A stretch of 64,000 nt of DNA from Folioceros fuciformis (taxonomy: Eukaryota): positions 1 to 64,000 of the forward strand of contig JBNGIO010006232.1 in assembly GCA_049999805.1 (NCBI GenBank), given 5' to 3'. Both the position numbers and the translations under genes were made by a program. Below are positions 25,347 to 38,702 of this stretch, one piece after another; the first letter of the stretch is position 1; each line of letters begins with the position of its first letter. Under the pieces are notes generated by a model. The model searched no databases. It had not been told where the DNA came from and worked only from the letters and a program-made list of their open reading frames with translations.

Positions 25347-26720
25347 AAATCGATTGCTCAAGACAACCGGAACGCAATTGAAGTGAATCCTGTGGAGCAG
25401 CCGCGCTGTGTACCTCGAAGCCGGGGGGACGTGCAGGCAGAACTTGCTTCTGGGGAGGTGACAGTCGTACGAAAGGCCCCTGGCGACACCACTGTAGATA
25501 TCCATGTCTGTGTACGTAGTTGCCCCACAAAGGTCTCGGAAGTTCTTCCGGACAAAACTGTTTGGTTGCCTGCCTCCAAAGAATACTAATCTTGTTCTGC
25601 GCAAAATCAACAACAATCGAGGGCATCGAAAAGCTTAGTTTAGTGGCAGTCGGATAAACATTAAGATCTCTCGCCGTGGGAAGACGAGATGCTTCGTGAC
25701 CAGGTAACTGGAGGGCCAGGCCCCATCCAGGAGGAAAATCTCACTGGACGGCCTATCTGAAATAACAAATAGGAAATCCAATGTATGTAGGCATACCGTA
25801 GGAAGGATGGAGGCGGACGGAGCTACGGCATGCTAGGCCAGACTTGCGCCAGGGACACCTCTCTGTGATCTATGTCGTGCTTGTGATATATGTTGGAGGA
25901 GCGTGTGACCTGGACGCGTTCTGACGAAGAGCCGGAGCTTGAGCCATGACGTCGCGGCACACGGAGTGGCAGCATACGTAGAAGCGGTCGGGACCTGAAG
26001 ATCGGTTCCGGACGCCGTACTCTCTCTTCACTCGGGCAACATAGTCGGCCACAAATGTTGCGGTCGGAGACTCCGGTCTCATCCGCGCTTCGCTGCGCAG
26101 CGCGTTGACGGAGAACGGGAGGAAGAAGACGCTGACTTCAGCGGAGACGGCGGTGACGAAGGTGCTTGAGAAGCAAGATCTTGAACGTGTGCTCATTGAA
26201 GTAATTGCCGAGCTTCTTGTCGTAGGGATTCGGCTGCGGCGTGAAGACCTGTGAGAACGGGCCGGTGCTGTCGAGTGCATCACGGCAGACGAAGATCTTG
26301 AACCATGGCAGCATATCCTTGTATTGCCGTTCGAAGAGCCCCCAGTCACGGTACAGGGTAGCGCTCGTCTGAAGCTCTGGTCTTGAGTTGGAAAGCATCC
26401 CTGTAACAGCTTGTTGCTCAATCCGGAGCTAGCTCTCCCGAAGATGTCTTCCTCCTCTCCCATTCCTGCTCCTTGCGTCTGCCTCCTTGACTGTTCTCCA
26501 CCTTCCTGCCTGTATCTTCGGCTCCCGTACCGCTGTCGTGATTCGGCCGGCTTGTGGTCGAGAAGAATGCACCACTGCTGCCTGCAAGGTACCGTCCTCT
26601 TCAGACTATGGATACCAGATTTTACCGGACCACAGCAGCCAGAAAGGTCCCGCTGATGAGCCCTAGCAGCAGCAGCTGCCAGCATCCCCTCGATATGGAC
26701 AGTTTCTGTGTTGCATTCCT
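25347..26720 (-). pseudogene. GT47 exostosin-family glycosyltransferase pseudogene
   Basis: Exostosin segments are spread over different frames: LGNYFNEHTFKILLL / FFLPFSVNALR...GPDRFYVCCHS / VSLAQVWP / LVFFGGR...RSKFCLHV...IHFNCVPVVLSN. At least three frameshifts, a stop just after the TM segment, and no recognisable C-terminus. Confidence 0.8.
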
Positions 26721-27091
26721 TTCTGTGCGACGTCTCCCAACTGCATCAGTAACAAGCCAACAAACACACCATTCGCCTGGATCGCCACGAGGATGCGAAC
26801 AACTCCCATCTTCTTCCTTACCACGCACGGGTCTGGGGAACTGCGGCAGCAGGCTCTCAGAAAAGACGGATGTCCGTGTCAGCCAGTATCGAAAACGATA
26901 ACGAGATGTGCTTTTCAAACACAAGGGGTCAATTTGTCTTCAGTTTGCCGCCTTCCGCTGCAGCCGTCAGCGATGGCGGCGAGCGGATCGGAACGAGACT
27001 GTGAGACGGACAGTGCGAAATTCTGAGAATTTTTGCACGCATCGCTGAATGCAAGTTGCGCGCAAGATGAGAAGCGTTTCTTTCGTCTGAG

Positions 27092-29689
27092 ATGGGAGAC
27101 TTCTGCCTGGATTCCGAGCGAGGGGAGGCAGGGCTTGCTGGGCCCTGCTCAGAGCCTCATTCCAACTTGATAGCGAACAGGGGTCTTGAGCTGCGCTTTG
27201 ATGTGCCAGCTATGGGTTTGCAGCAGCAGCTTGGGATAAGCCACTTCCACCAGCTGGGGGGGATGCAGGAGCACGTGCAGGTACAGTTACACCCGGATGG
27301 TCGACTTGGCGGAACTCTGCACTGTCAGGAGGAGCCGGCGATGCAGGCTGACCAATGCTTTCACAGCAGGGATTTGGTGCAACTGGGGGTTGAGTTCCAA
27401 TCGCAGGACCCCGATTTGGAGGTCTACCAGGTGCAACCGGATATCCATCTCTTCCACCCGCAGCCGCAACCGTTTGCCCAAGCTGAGCTGCTGCCGTCAG
27501 GGAGCGGTCATGGTGTAGAGGAGCCCGAGCATGTTCAATCTCATGATCAATTTGAGGGAAGGGGTGGAGACGACAATGGCAGGTTTTTTCACTGCAAACG
27601 AGCTGAGAGCGCATCCCCTGGGACAGACTACGACGATGAAGGATATGATTTGGTGGTGGATGGCAGGGAGTTGTCTTTGCATGAGGTGAGTAGAGGCAAG
27701 GTATTTACAATCTTCGATTTGGGTGTTTGAAATGATTGGCTCTTCTAGAGAAAGGTGCCTTGTTGGATTTGGGAGTCCATCGGGTTCTTTGCATGTCCAG
27801 CGGGCCCCTGAGACTTCCTCAGACGGTGGAATGCGGCCTGCCACGCCTTCATCTCCTGCCCAGCTGGATGCACAGACGAGAAGGGAAAAGAGAATGAAGC
27901 AAGTTCATATCCGTTTAGATGTGGCAGGTGATGCTTTTACGTCAGCTGGGAAGATTCTGATGGATCTTGGGCTTTGAGCTAACCCGTCTTTTTGCCTCTT
28001 ACCCTCTAACCCGGGACTTCAAAATTGCTGCAGCTCACCGAAATTTGATGAAACTTGTAACCGAGCAACATAATGGAAGCTTGGAGGAGTTTGTGAACAC
28101 GACCATCGCTGCCGGTATGCTGCGTTCGAAACAAGTACCTGTGCGGAAGCCCGCTATTACGAAGTGGAAACGATTGAGGTGCGTGCTCATCAAGTTCCAG
28201 CTCTCTCTCTCTCTGCAGCCGCGGGGCTTGGAGGCTGCATTCTGCTAAGCCTTGGTTGTTATGGAAGCACTGAAAACGTTTTAACGCCTCCGAGAAACGC
28301 TGTCTAATATCAGCCTGCTGTGTGTGGTGAGCCTTCAGATTTGACCAGTTGAAAGGAACAGAGACACGGGAACTGGCTCTGGCCTACAGATGTCTTGCAG
28401 AATCGTTTCCAGGTTTACAGCTGACCACCTGTCTACTGGAAACGTCGTGGGAGGATTTGACTATGGCGCAGATGAAGAAGGTGTTGCTCCTTCGTTTCTA
28501 TCAGGATCTGTTACTATGTGGATGTCTAGAGGCTTGCCCAAGTCAAGTATTCATTTGATTGGCAGCCCTGAGGATGTAGCTGCGTGCATCCTCTTCTTCA
28601 TGTTGGGTGATGTTTGCAAGAAGCTGAGATCTTTCTCCGTCTGAATGTGAGGCATTGTCTGATCCACTTGTAAGCTCGGATCATGATAACAATCCATCGT
28701 TACAAGCCTCTGTAAATATAGATTGAAAGGCTTGGTGTATGGGTGGAACGTGCACCTTTCTAGGTGAAGGTTGTGTTCTAGCTCTCAAGCTGGTCTTCCA
28801 AAAATCAGTTGTCCACTCTTTCCAGTTGCGGAAAACAGCCTGCTTATCTCTCTTGTTCCAGATGCTGGAGGAGACAAAGCAGATGCTTGTGCTCATGGAG
28901 AAACAGCACACTTGCCCAGAAGCCGAATGTGGTCGTCATTTCCCCACACCAGGAATGCTGCGTGATCACATGAACGAGCACAGGTACTTTCCTAGCCTCC
29001 CTCCTGTGCATTCCTGTGAGTGGTTCTCCAGCACTGCGCCATCGTTGATATCCCAGGTTACTGTGGACAGTGGTGACCGGCCCTATGTCTGCACCTTTGA
29101 AGGCTGCTCGAGTAGCTTTGCCCGAAGGCAGTTTCTCTGCCGACATATGAAGATGCATCAGTGTGCTTTCCTCTGCCCCGTTGACGGGTGCTCCAAGCGT
29201 TTTGCTTTTCGAGAAAGACTGGTGAGACTCTTCTAGTAGCAGAAAAAGCAACGCTGTTCATGAAAGGCAGTTGTGGGTGGGTTGCTCATGTCTGTCCTCG
29301 ATCAGGTGGCTCACCAAAAAACTCACGAGAGCGATAGGCCCCTCTCATGTCCCTACGAGGGGTGTGGGAAGACGTTCAAGTGGTTGAATTCTTTGAATGG
29401 TCACCTTAGAACGCACACTGGGGAAAAACCTTTCAAATGCTTGTGAGTACCAGTCCTCCTCCCAACTGCCGTAGTATTAGCATAAGTATCCGAGACCCAA
29501 AGGCGACTAGCTCTCTTGTACCCTGTGAAGCTCTTTTCCTGTCCAATCCGTCAAGCCTCTCTAACCACCGCTCCGTACCGCAACATGGTGTGCAGGTATC
29601 CTGAGTGTGGCCGGGATTTCGGCTACAAGGTGGATCTCACTCGGCACGAACGCACTCACTACGGGCAACTGGCAAGAGTACACCGTTGA
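27092..29689 (+). CDS. C2H2 zinc-finger protein with five tandem C-terminal fingers
   Basis: Exons ~27092-27685, 27801-27928, 28033-28178, 28338-28480, 28862-28983, ~29071-29221, 29306-29442 and 29597-29689 join in frame. Fingers CPEAEC..HMNEH, CTFEGC..HMKMH, CPVDGC..HQKTH, CPYEGC..HLRTH and CLYPEC..HERTH, with linkers SGDRP, ESDRP and TGEKP. Confidence 0.85.
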
Positions 29690-32600
29690 TTCCTTGTTGG
29701 TGCGGTTACAGCCTTTCCAGGTCGGCCCCTGACCAACTACTAGCAAACAAGCTCCTCAGAAGATGTGCCTGAGCATTTGGCAAGAGCTCACCGGTCTATG
29801 GTCACACGGCTCTCTTCGAGCAGGTCGAGTGTCTGTTACCTCCTCGGAAGTCACTGAAGAAAGCGAAGCAAGGAGCATCTCTTGGGCAAGCCAACGATGG
29901 CGACCAGCCAGCCCACCACTATTTTCCAGCTCGACAGGTGATGGCGCGACGGATTTCTGCTCTCAACTTTAACAACTCTACGAGTACTTCAGCAAATGAA
30001 GGTTGTGTTCCACACATTACTGAGGACAAGTAATAGGTCCTTAAATAGTTTGGTGTTCTGAATCAAGGCCAGCCAATGCAAGAGCAGAAGGTCATCTTTC
30101 AACTGCCTCCCCTTAACTTAGGCGTATTCCTCGGTGATCCTTACTATCTTGCACAGGAATAAGCAGCACAAGAATGCCTCGAAAACAGCACCCCTAGGAT
30201 TGTTTCCAGCTCTCAGAGTTGAAGTCTACGTCTCCCCAAGGGCCGTGACTGGTAGCGTAATTCCCAGCTGCCTTGTCAAGCAAGGAGCAGCCACTTCACT
30301 GCAGAGCACAAGGACGACTCCCATTGAAAGAAAAAGTCCGTTTCCTCCATGTCACGCAGCTTGCGGCATTTTCTCCCAAACAACCCATTGCACATCAGTC
30401 CCTAGTATCCTTGAAGAGTGGGAGCTCAGTATCGGCATGCGCATCCGCACACTTCGCGCTGCTTTCCTGCCGTACTTTCGACAAGGGAAAGCATCTCGGC
30501 TCCTGGGCTCCGTTTGCGTCTACAATGTGGCTCCTGTGGGTCATGCCTCTTCCGAATCAGGGAGTGCCGTATCTCATGCCGGGACGTGCATCACATCTTC
30601 ACACACTCACAAGCCTTCAAGCGTTCTCTCTTCTCCGCACTTCCGACAGGCAGTCACAAGATTCCACATCCCTTCACATCTTATTCCCAGCCCGTCAGCC
30701 CATTCCTGGCCCACCGGCCGACGAATCAGGCACCTCTCTTCCCACACCAAACCACAAAACTCGTCCCAAGCTCTCTCCTAGCCATGCAGAACTCCCAACA
30801 CATGGATATCCCACCACGCCCATATGAGTGCCGATATCGAGGACTCCACCACCCTTCCACCACTCCTCTCACCTCAACCTGCCCAACCACCATGCCAAAT
30901 TTCGTTCCTGGCTAGCCAATCCTTCGCTTTAGCCCCGAGTTCCTGGGAAGCTTCTGAGGCCACCTACACAAGGCCGTAATTCACTGCTCCCTGCATCCAT
31001 TTTCAAGTACAGTCGCTCCTGTCAACCAACACTAAACATGATACAGCAACGTCTGTACCAGGACTTCCCGACATCTCACCATCGGGGCAAACAAGGCGTT
31101 GAGTACACATAATGTTCTTTATAATCCGTACTCCGTACCTCCCTTTTCGCTGTCCATCATTTGGGATTCCCGGTGAGTGCGCACATGCAAATATGTATGC
31201 GTACGCGGATACGGCGCCGGCTTCCATGTGCCACGCCTGTTTCAGTGGGAAAGGAGATGATGAGTTTATTGTGAACTGTCTTGCGCTGAACAACTCACTC
31301 CCATTCGTATTCCATATTTCTCTTATTTATTGAACGGTGCTGAGACTTGGTTTTCGTGTCCTGCATCACTTCTCGGAACCCTAGGTGCTTCAGAAATGAA
31401 CCATCGCTGCAACTGAAGGCTGCTTTTCCACCACGCGGCTGTACAAACTGCTGTCAGACCGAATTGTACCCGGCAATCCACGTCTACGCGGGCATGTGAC
31501 ATCCACGTATACATAGATTGGTGGTACCCCGGTTTTTCGTTACGCTTTTGACCCTGACCCACCAATAATTTGATACATGATGATTTTAGAAGAAAACCTA
31601 TGGATAGTTACCAAGCACTCACTTTGTTTAGTGGGCTTTTTTCCATATAAAGGACCGCAAAGATATTTTCCTAGGCATTGGCATGTTGGTCTCTTGTAAC
31701 TCTTTTTTAGGGTTGGTTCTTATAGGGTTTACTCTTTGAGTGTGAGGCATATTTTAGGGATTGTTTTCCAATGGATAATGTACATTAATTTTTATTATAT
31801 TTAGCCCTTACTCTTATCATGACTATGCAAGCTACAATGTTTGTAGAAACAATGACTATTCAGCCCTTACTTCTACTTCATGCATATTATCAACACTATG
31901 TATATGTATATGTTTTGTTTGTGTTACAAATGGATGGCAAACAATCTCAACTTTTTGTTCTTGTCAAAGATGAGCACATTTGTGGTAGTTGTAATAACTA
32001 AAATCTTTTGCATATTTGTGAAAGTTGTAATAAATGGAATCTTTTGAAACAATCACCTATATTTGAAACGATCACATGTAGGTGTCAAGTGTATGTAGTG
32101 TGTTCTCAAAGAGTATGCCATACTTATAGATGCAGGGTATTGGACAAAGGCTATACTTGTTCACTTCCTTTCGTGGGAGTTAAGACGGGTTTTTGGCATA
32201 GCAAGTACACTAGAATTTCATACAATCTGGCAGCAACATTTGTGTGGAAAGGACCTTTGGAATGCTAAAGTGCAGGTTTAGAATTCTTCAAAAGCGAGGT
32301 GATATGGCTCTTCAAAACATGCCTTCCATTATATTTGTGCATAAAATCAACTTCTGATAAGAGTGGGTTTGTGCGTAATATCAATAGTATAAAGATAAAG
32401 ATACCCACACTTATCTTGTGGTGCTGCCCCAAACACATTCCTACTACTCTCTCTCTCTGACTTGTAGTCATTGTAAATATCTTTATATTTCTAATGGCAA
32501 AGTTATACATCTTTTATCTAGACATGCTCCAACTAGCATCACCAATACTAGTTTACAAGTCTAAATGGTAGGCATAAGTGGAGCCAAGACCATGAATGAT

Positions 32601-34157
32601 CTTCACTCACTAAACAAATTGGTCGGGACTAAAACAGGCAAGTGATAAAGGAGCTAGAACCTTGATCAAAATTCTTACCAAAAAGCATACAGATCCGCAA
32701 AGTTTAGGCATAAAGGAAGCAAGGCGAGAGAGCAAGTTACGATTTCATTGGTGGATGCATGGGCTTCAAACGTCCTAGGTACAAACCTAACACAAATTGT
32801 TATTGGACGTATATGCCACGTTTTACTCATGTAGAAGTGCCACAAACCTAGTGAAAAAGGAGAAAAAATGCATCAACCTCTTTGTGCCACCTCAATAAGC
32901 CCATTGCTATTGAGGGCTCCTCAAAAACCTCTTTTACAACATACATAGTTTTGTTCAATAGCACTTAGAGCCTTCTTAAGATACTCATGGTATACTATCC
33001 TTTCCTTAGCCTAACTCGACAAGGCAATATGGTCTTCCAATTTAGAAGGGCTGTCGTTTTGAGCTTATTTGTTGACTTTGCTTTTACTTACATAACGAGT
33101 GGTGTTTGTTACCTCCAATAAGTTTGATTAGAATTGTTGTGGGTTGAACTTCTATGTTGTGCAATAAGATTGAAACTCTAGGCAAGGGAGACATTCATTT
33201 TGAAGGAGGACAATGTGCTCACTTAGTACAAGAATGCACTTAAAGTGAGTGGGAATCCTCCATTCAAGCTGCTTGATTACAAATTTCATTCAAGCATCAT
33301 ATCATAATGAAGGGGATCTTGAGAGTTGTCCAAAGCCCCAAGGTATGCATAGTTTTTGTGCCAATATAGAGCTCTATGGAGCTAGAACATTCACTGGAAA
33401 GGGTATCGATGTAAAGTTACTTTCCATGGGAGCTCAAAATCGTACCCGTTTCTTTCATCTTATTTGACTGTATTAAATTTTAATATTATTACTGAAGATT
33501 GAGTATTATATTTATATCATGGAGCGCTTGCACTGAAAATAAGATATCGGGAAAGATGCCTCGTTGAAGAGACGTCACGAGCAATTAATGTTTGTGGGTG
33601 TGATCACCTAGTGATGATGTAGCAGATGTGTACAGTATTTACATTCATATTCATGTTTGCCGCAAGCCCCGCAAGAAAGTTTTCAGTGCGACCTAGGCTT
33701 TATTCGTCGTACACATGTGACGAAGGTGGGTCCAAGCCGAAACCGAACAGCGTCTCGACAAGGGAGACTGGCAATGTGCAGGTCGTGGGGCGTGAGAGTT
33801 TTTCAATTCTCCACTTTGTTCCACGTTCTTCTTGCCAGTAGACGCCGGTTATTTCCTGCCGGGTCTTCTGTCCGTCACACCGACATGTGCCGTCTATTTA
33901 TTCTCTGCCTCGCACAATTTGGCGAGGCAATGCCGGACGCTCCCATTGGTGAAAGCTGGCTCGGAGGTTTCTGCCTCACACGAGCTCTCAGTTTCAGACT
34001 GGCGCAGGTGGCATGTGGCCATGGCAGACGCGCATGTCGATTGAGGTGTACATTTATCGATAGCTGAACATTGTGGGCGATTGTGAGCCAGGCAAATCGT
34101 TGGAGGAATCGGCACGGGAAAATGAGGCTCGCAAGGGGGCGAGGGATTTGTGTGGAG

Positions 34158-36085
34158 ATGGTTCCCATCGCGGAGAACAGGAAGGCAGACGGCCGGGGAT
34201 GGCCGGGGACCTGCCATGGGAAGGCGGGGCCGGGGACGGGGCCCGGGGCGGCGGCGGCGGCGGCGGCGGCTGCTGCTGCTGGTAGGAACAACCTGAGGTT
34301 TGTGTTTGTCTCCACAGTCGCCGCCGGGGTGGTGTTCGTGCTGTTTGCAAGGGTATGTCTGCTCCAGGAATCTCTGTTGACGGACAGCGAAAGGGGGCCG
34401 AAGGAGAGGGAGAAATTGCCGGGAGCTGCCCGGGTGATTCAGAGGCGGCTCACCTATGGGGCGGTGTTGTGGGAGAGGTTTAATTCCGTCGCTGTTGGGG
34501 AGGACGATGTGGCGGATTTGCGGGCTGCCAGCCCGCTGTTCAATGTGTCCGATCCGAGAGTGTTGCAGGTGGTGAAGCTGGTGAAGAAGTATACCGAGGC
34601 TTTCCAGCCTTACCCCGGGGTTCGGGAGGGCTTCGGGAGCCGGAAGCAGGGGAGGATTGAGATGCTGCGGACAGCTGCGGTGGTGACCAGTCTGATGCAG
34701 TGCTGTGTGCATGTGAGGGTAGTGGGCGGGAAGGTGTACTTTCGGTATGGGCATTTTCTGGATACTGGGTATCGGCTGAACAGGGCAAATGATTTGGTGA
34801 CCTTCCTGCAGAAAACGGTGGATGTTTATGGGTTGCAGGATTTGAAGGTGGAGCTGTTGTTCAATACTTGTGATCACCCTCTGGCTCCGTCTTCGAGCTT
34901 TCCGATGGACAGGGCCAACTATTTGGTGTGGAGTAACCATGTGGTTGATGGGTTCGTGGATGTGTTGGCTCCTGATTTTCTGGATTGGGGGGCGGATTAC
35001 ATGCCCTCGAGGGAGGAGCTGGCGAGGCAGATCCCGTGGCGGGAGAAGCAGTCAAAGGCTGTCTTTCGGGGGGCTACTACCAACTACAACATGCATTCGT
35101 CTAACTGGGGCAGCAGTGGAAGGCTCCGGCTGCACGCCATGACGGATTCCTACCCCGACCTGCTCGAGGCAAGGGTGTCCCGGTGGAGCCATCTCGCGCG
35201 GGGGCAGAGCTGGGGGATGAAGAGGGACGGGCTCAGGTTGGGGTCACGCTTGAACTTCACCGCCAAGAATGCGTACAAGTATGAGATCCTGGCTGATGGT
35301 GGGCTCGGAACTACGAGGCTTTGCGGCGTGCTGATGACCAACCGGGTGGTGGTGCGCCAGAGCTCACCCTTCTACCAGTTCTATGATCCCCTGCTCAAGC
35401 CTGGCCACCATTTCATGGAAGTGGATCACCAGTAAGTGCTCGCACCAGTTTTCACAATGCGGCGGTCCACGTGCTGTGTAGACATTGGAGAGCTTGCTGC
35501 TAGCCTTCTGCAATAGAGACATTAGAGGCTGCTGGTAGACAGGCATGTGCTGTAGAGGCTGTAGGGGCTGCCATCCATGTGCTACGGAGACGTCTTAGAG
35601 CGGTAGCCAGGCACGTATGTGCATCACCCAAGTCTGGTTTTGTGGGCTGTGGCGGAATCGCCTACTGATGCTTCTTGTGCGTTGTCTGCAGGTTCCGGAA
35701 CCTTGCCGAGACAGTAGTTTTCATGCGGGATCGCGATGCGGAGATGGAGCAGGTGGTGGAGAACGCGCACAAGGAGCTCGGGTGGGTGTGCAGCCCGGAA
35801 GGCCGGATGATGTCCTACGCGGTGCTCTTGGTGAAGTACCAGCAGATGATGGACGATGTGTCACGGATCCAGGCGCCCACCCCCGACCACATGTGCAGGA
35901 ACGGGGCAGTGCGCAGTACGTTCAAGCACCGGCAGATCATGCGGCCCGATTGCCTGAGGACGGAGCCCGATCCTGTGTTGGATGTGGCCGGCTGCCCCAC
36001 CGTCTGCGGCTATGCGGGGTCCTTGGAGAAGCACTGGTTCTGGCTTGAGGCATCCGAGCTAGCAGGCTGGGGGAATCACTCTTGA
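34158..36085 (+). CDS. GT90 / CAP10 (POGLUT/KDELC-like) glycosyltransferase, type II membrane protein
   Basis: TM segment, then IPWREKQSKAVFRGATT, YKYEILADG and SPFYQFYDPLLKPGHHF. Exons 34158-35431 and 35692-36085 join as CA|G. A GCG/GCT poly-Ala tract lies near the N-terminus. Alternative ATG at 34122. Confidence 0.82.
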
Positions 36086-36293
36086 TTTTGGGCGGTCTCC
36101 CATCTTGCTGGCCCGATCTGTACGCAGGGATTTGTCAAGCTCGAAGGCATGAAGCTGGGAAAGAGAAATCGACATCCGCTCGAATCTTACCCAGCCCAGG
36201 GAGGCAACCGACCGTCTGTGACCGTCGCTTGAGGATCTCTGAAACGGAATGTCTTCGGTGGAAGCGGTGATTGACGGGCGAAGCTGGAAGGTC

Positions 36294-36393
36294 NNNNNNN
36301 NNNNNNNNNNNNNNNNNNNNNNNNNNNNNNNNNNNNNNNNNNNNNNNNNNNNNNNNNNNNNNNNNNNNNNNNNNNNNNNNNNNNNNNNNNNNN
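36294..36393. other. Scaffold gap (100 N)
   Basis: Run of N. Confidence 0.95.
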
Positions 36394-36479
36394 AGGCAAC
36401 GGAGCAAGACGTGGAATTAGATTGGAAGATCATTGCGCAGACAGCGTGAGAAACGACAGTTCCCGGCTGGTCGCAATCT

Positions 36480-37140
36480 AGACGCCAGTTCACTTGCTCT
36501 GTCCCACTGCTTGTATGTGACGCCAAGACGAGAGGAAGGAGACAGCAGAAACGGTTTGTTCACTCAGTCGCTGCCAGACAGGTCTGATGACAACCCGCTT
36601 GTTCCTTTGACCATGAAACATAGCGGAAGTGAGATACGGAGAGAAAACTACTGTAGTTGACAATGTTTATCGCTGTGCAACATGTGTCAGCGGCACAACT
36701 ATGTGAGCCCACGAAGGAGTCAGGAGAACTCGAGGAACAGGACCTTTCTATCTGGTCACCCAATACATTTACATATTGCGTCAATTCGTCCAGGGCTGTC
36801 GGAAATGTGATTGCAGTTCACTTCTTCTGTCCCGTTGCCTGTATGTGAGATCACGACGAGAACAAGGAGACAGCAGAAACGGTTTCTTCTCCCAGTCGCT
36901 GCCAAACAGATATGGTCATAAAATGGTTGTTCCTTTGACCGTGAAACAGAATGAAACAATAGGGGAAGTGAGCTGTGGATGTAGAACTAATTTACAACGT
37001 TTAACGCTGTTCAACATGTGTCAGTCGCTCAGCTATGTAATATAACGAAGAGTCACGAGAACTCGTGAGGGACGAGATCTTTAGATCTAGTCACCAAATA
37101 TATACGTCCATACGCCCAGGGTTGTCCAGAATGTGATTCC
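36480..37140. repeat. Diverged ~330-bp tandem duplication covering the PGRL2 last exon and 3' flank
   Basis: ggagacagcagaaacggttt occurs at 36538 and 36866. ccaggg(c/t)tgtc..aatgtgatt occurs near 36790 and 37116. Confidence 0.8.
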
Positions 37141-38702
37141 ACACGCTGGAAGGCAAACATGGAGGGGACAGAAAGCTCAGTACGATGTTGAACCATTGGG
37201 GTTCTCTTACACAACGTAATACAGAAGTTACCTCTACGTTGACATGAAAGATGAGAGGATGCTCGCACACATGGCACTCGGTCTTGTGTCGAGGTTGTGC
37301 CTCCTTGGACTGGATGAAGGCGTACACCTAACGGCAAGCATGATCACCACCACCTCAGAAACTTGAGAGCACCAGTAGTTGTAGATTAGCAGATGAAGTA
37401 AGGAGGATTACGATGGAAGTCACCTCCTCTCCACAGCTGGGACAGCAACCCTTCAAAGCCAGCAGCTCCCCACGCCAAAGACCTTGCAGTGCTTTCACTG
37501 CGAGTAGCAAATTATACGAAAACAAATCATTAAGTTATTCGACAGCAGCGGAGAATGATGCTTTCAAGCACCTGGTCACACTGCCAAAGACTTGACATAC
37601 AGTGCGACATACCTGCCGCTACAGAGACCGGGATGCCAGCCATGAGGCCGAAGGCGATGGCAAAGAGCAAGTTCCCGGTCTTGACTCCGTCAGCGGCCAT
37701 GCCCATGCCGTGAGTTATGAAATGCGGTACCACTGCGGCTTGGCAAGCCTTGTTCAGCATGCACGCAGGTGGAAGGAATGTCACAGCCACACCACTTGCG
37801 AGTAAAACACCCCATATACTAACGAGCGTCCACATTTGAGAAGGATCAAACTGTTGCCCATCCCTCCAACCCCACATCACAAATTCCTCTCAGTACAAAA
37901 TCAATTCAACGTCGAAGGCAACAGCACGTCCAGGGTGCAGTCAGAGCTGAGGAATGAAGCTCTTCCTTTGAAGACTCTATTAGCTTTTACCTCAGCATCA
38001 GCATAAGCAGAGTAGGCCCGGAGGCTGCACCGCGGGTACTTCAACACAATTTTGGAGCCATGCCAACGAAGCTTCTTCTGCAAGGTAAAGGTAAAAAAAG
38101 AAAGCAACAACTTCTTAGCAGCTGAGTACTAATACCCATCAAGCGAGAAACTGCTGGCATGAAAACGAACCATACCTCCACTCTGTCAAACATGTCATCC
38201 AGGATCAAGGGCTGGCCACTGTAGTACGAATCCCTGGCCTGAAACCATCACCAAACACGTCCCTCATAATCCTCCTCTAAAATCATCCAGCACAACCTTG
38301 GGACCTGATTCCGATCGCCCCAACACCCCCAACACATACCTGCTCATACAAAGCTTCCAATCGAGACGGCTCAGCAGAGTCCAACGGCCCCACAAATATA
38401 CAAGAAGGTCCTTCGTTCACCACAGACCCCGCCCTGGCTCTACCAATCTGTCTTCCACTTCCTTCCCCCCTGCCAGTATGCCAGGTCTCCACCCTAGCAG
38501 GCCACCGCCTCACTTGCCTCACCACATCCTCCGGCCTACCCATCGCACCCGTCCCCGTGCTTGCCCAACACCCGTACGGCAGCGCACATCCTTCTGCCCT
38601 ACCCGCCCCCTTCCCATCCCACAGCCACGACGTTCTCCAGGGCCTGTCTCCAACCCCGAGGAGCTGCGCTTCCCCAACCCTAATTGAGACACACGCATTC
38701 AT
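37053..38702 (-). CDS. PGRL2: PGR5-like protein, PGRL2 type (thylakoid membrane)
   Basis: Exons join to NEGPSCIFVGPLDSA...LEALYEQ|ARDSYYSGQPLILDDMFDRVE|KKLRWHGSKIVLKYPRCSL...YADAE|FDPSQMW (two TM segments)|...LKGCCPSCGEE|VYAF...CHVCE...|...WAYGRIYLV..., stop at 37053. This matches the PGRL1/PGRL2 layout with two CxxC pairs. Start codon tentative. Confidence 0.85.

Noticed and set aside
30134-30915. Three overlapping 165-215 aa ORFs downstream of the zinc-finger gene
   Set aside because: No family motif or consistent splice pattern; open in all three frames with low-complexity Ser/Pro/His composition.
33894-34940. 348-aa minus-strand ORF
   Set aside because: Antisense shadow of the GC-rich GT90 exon.
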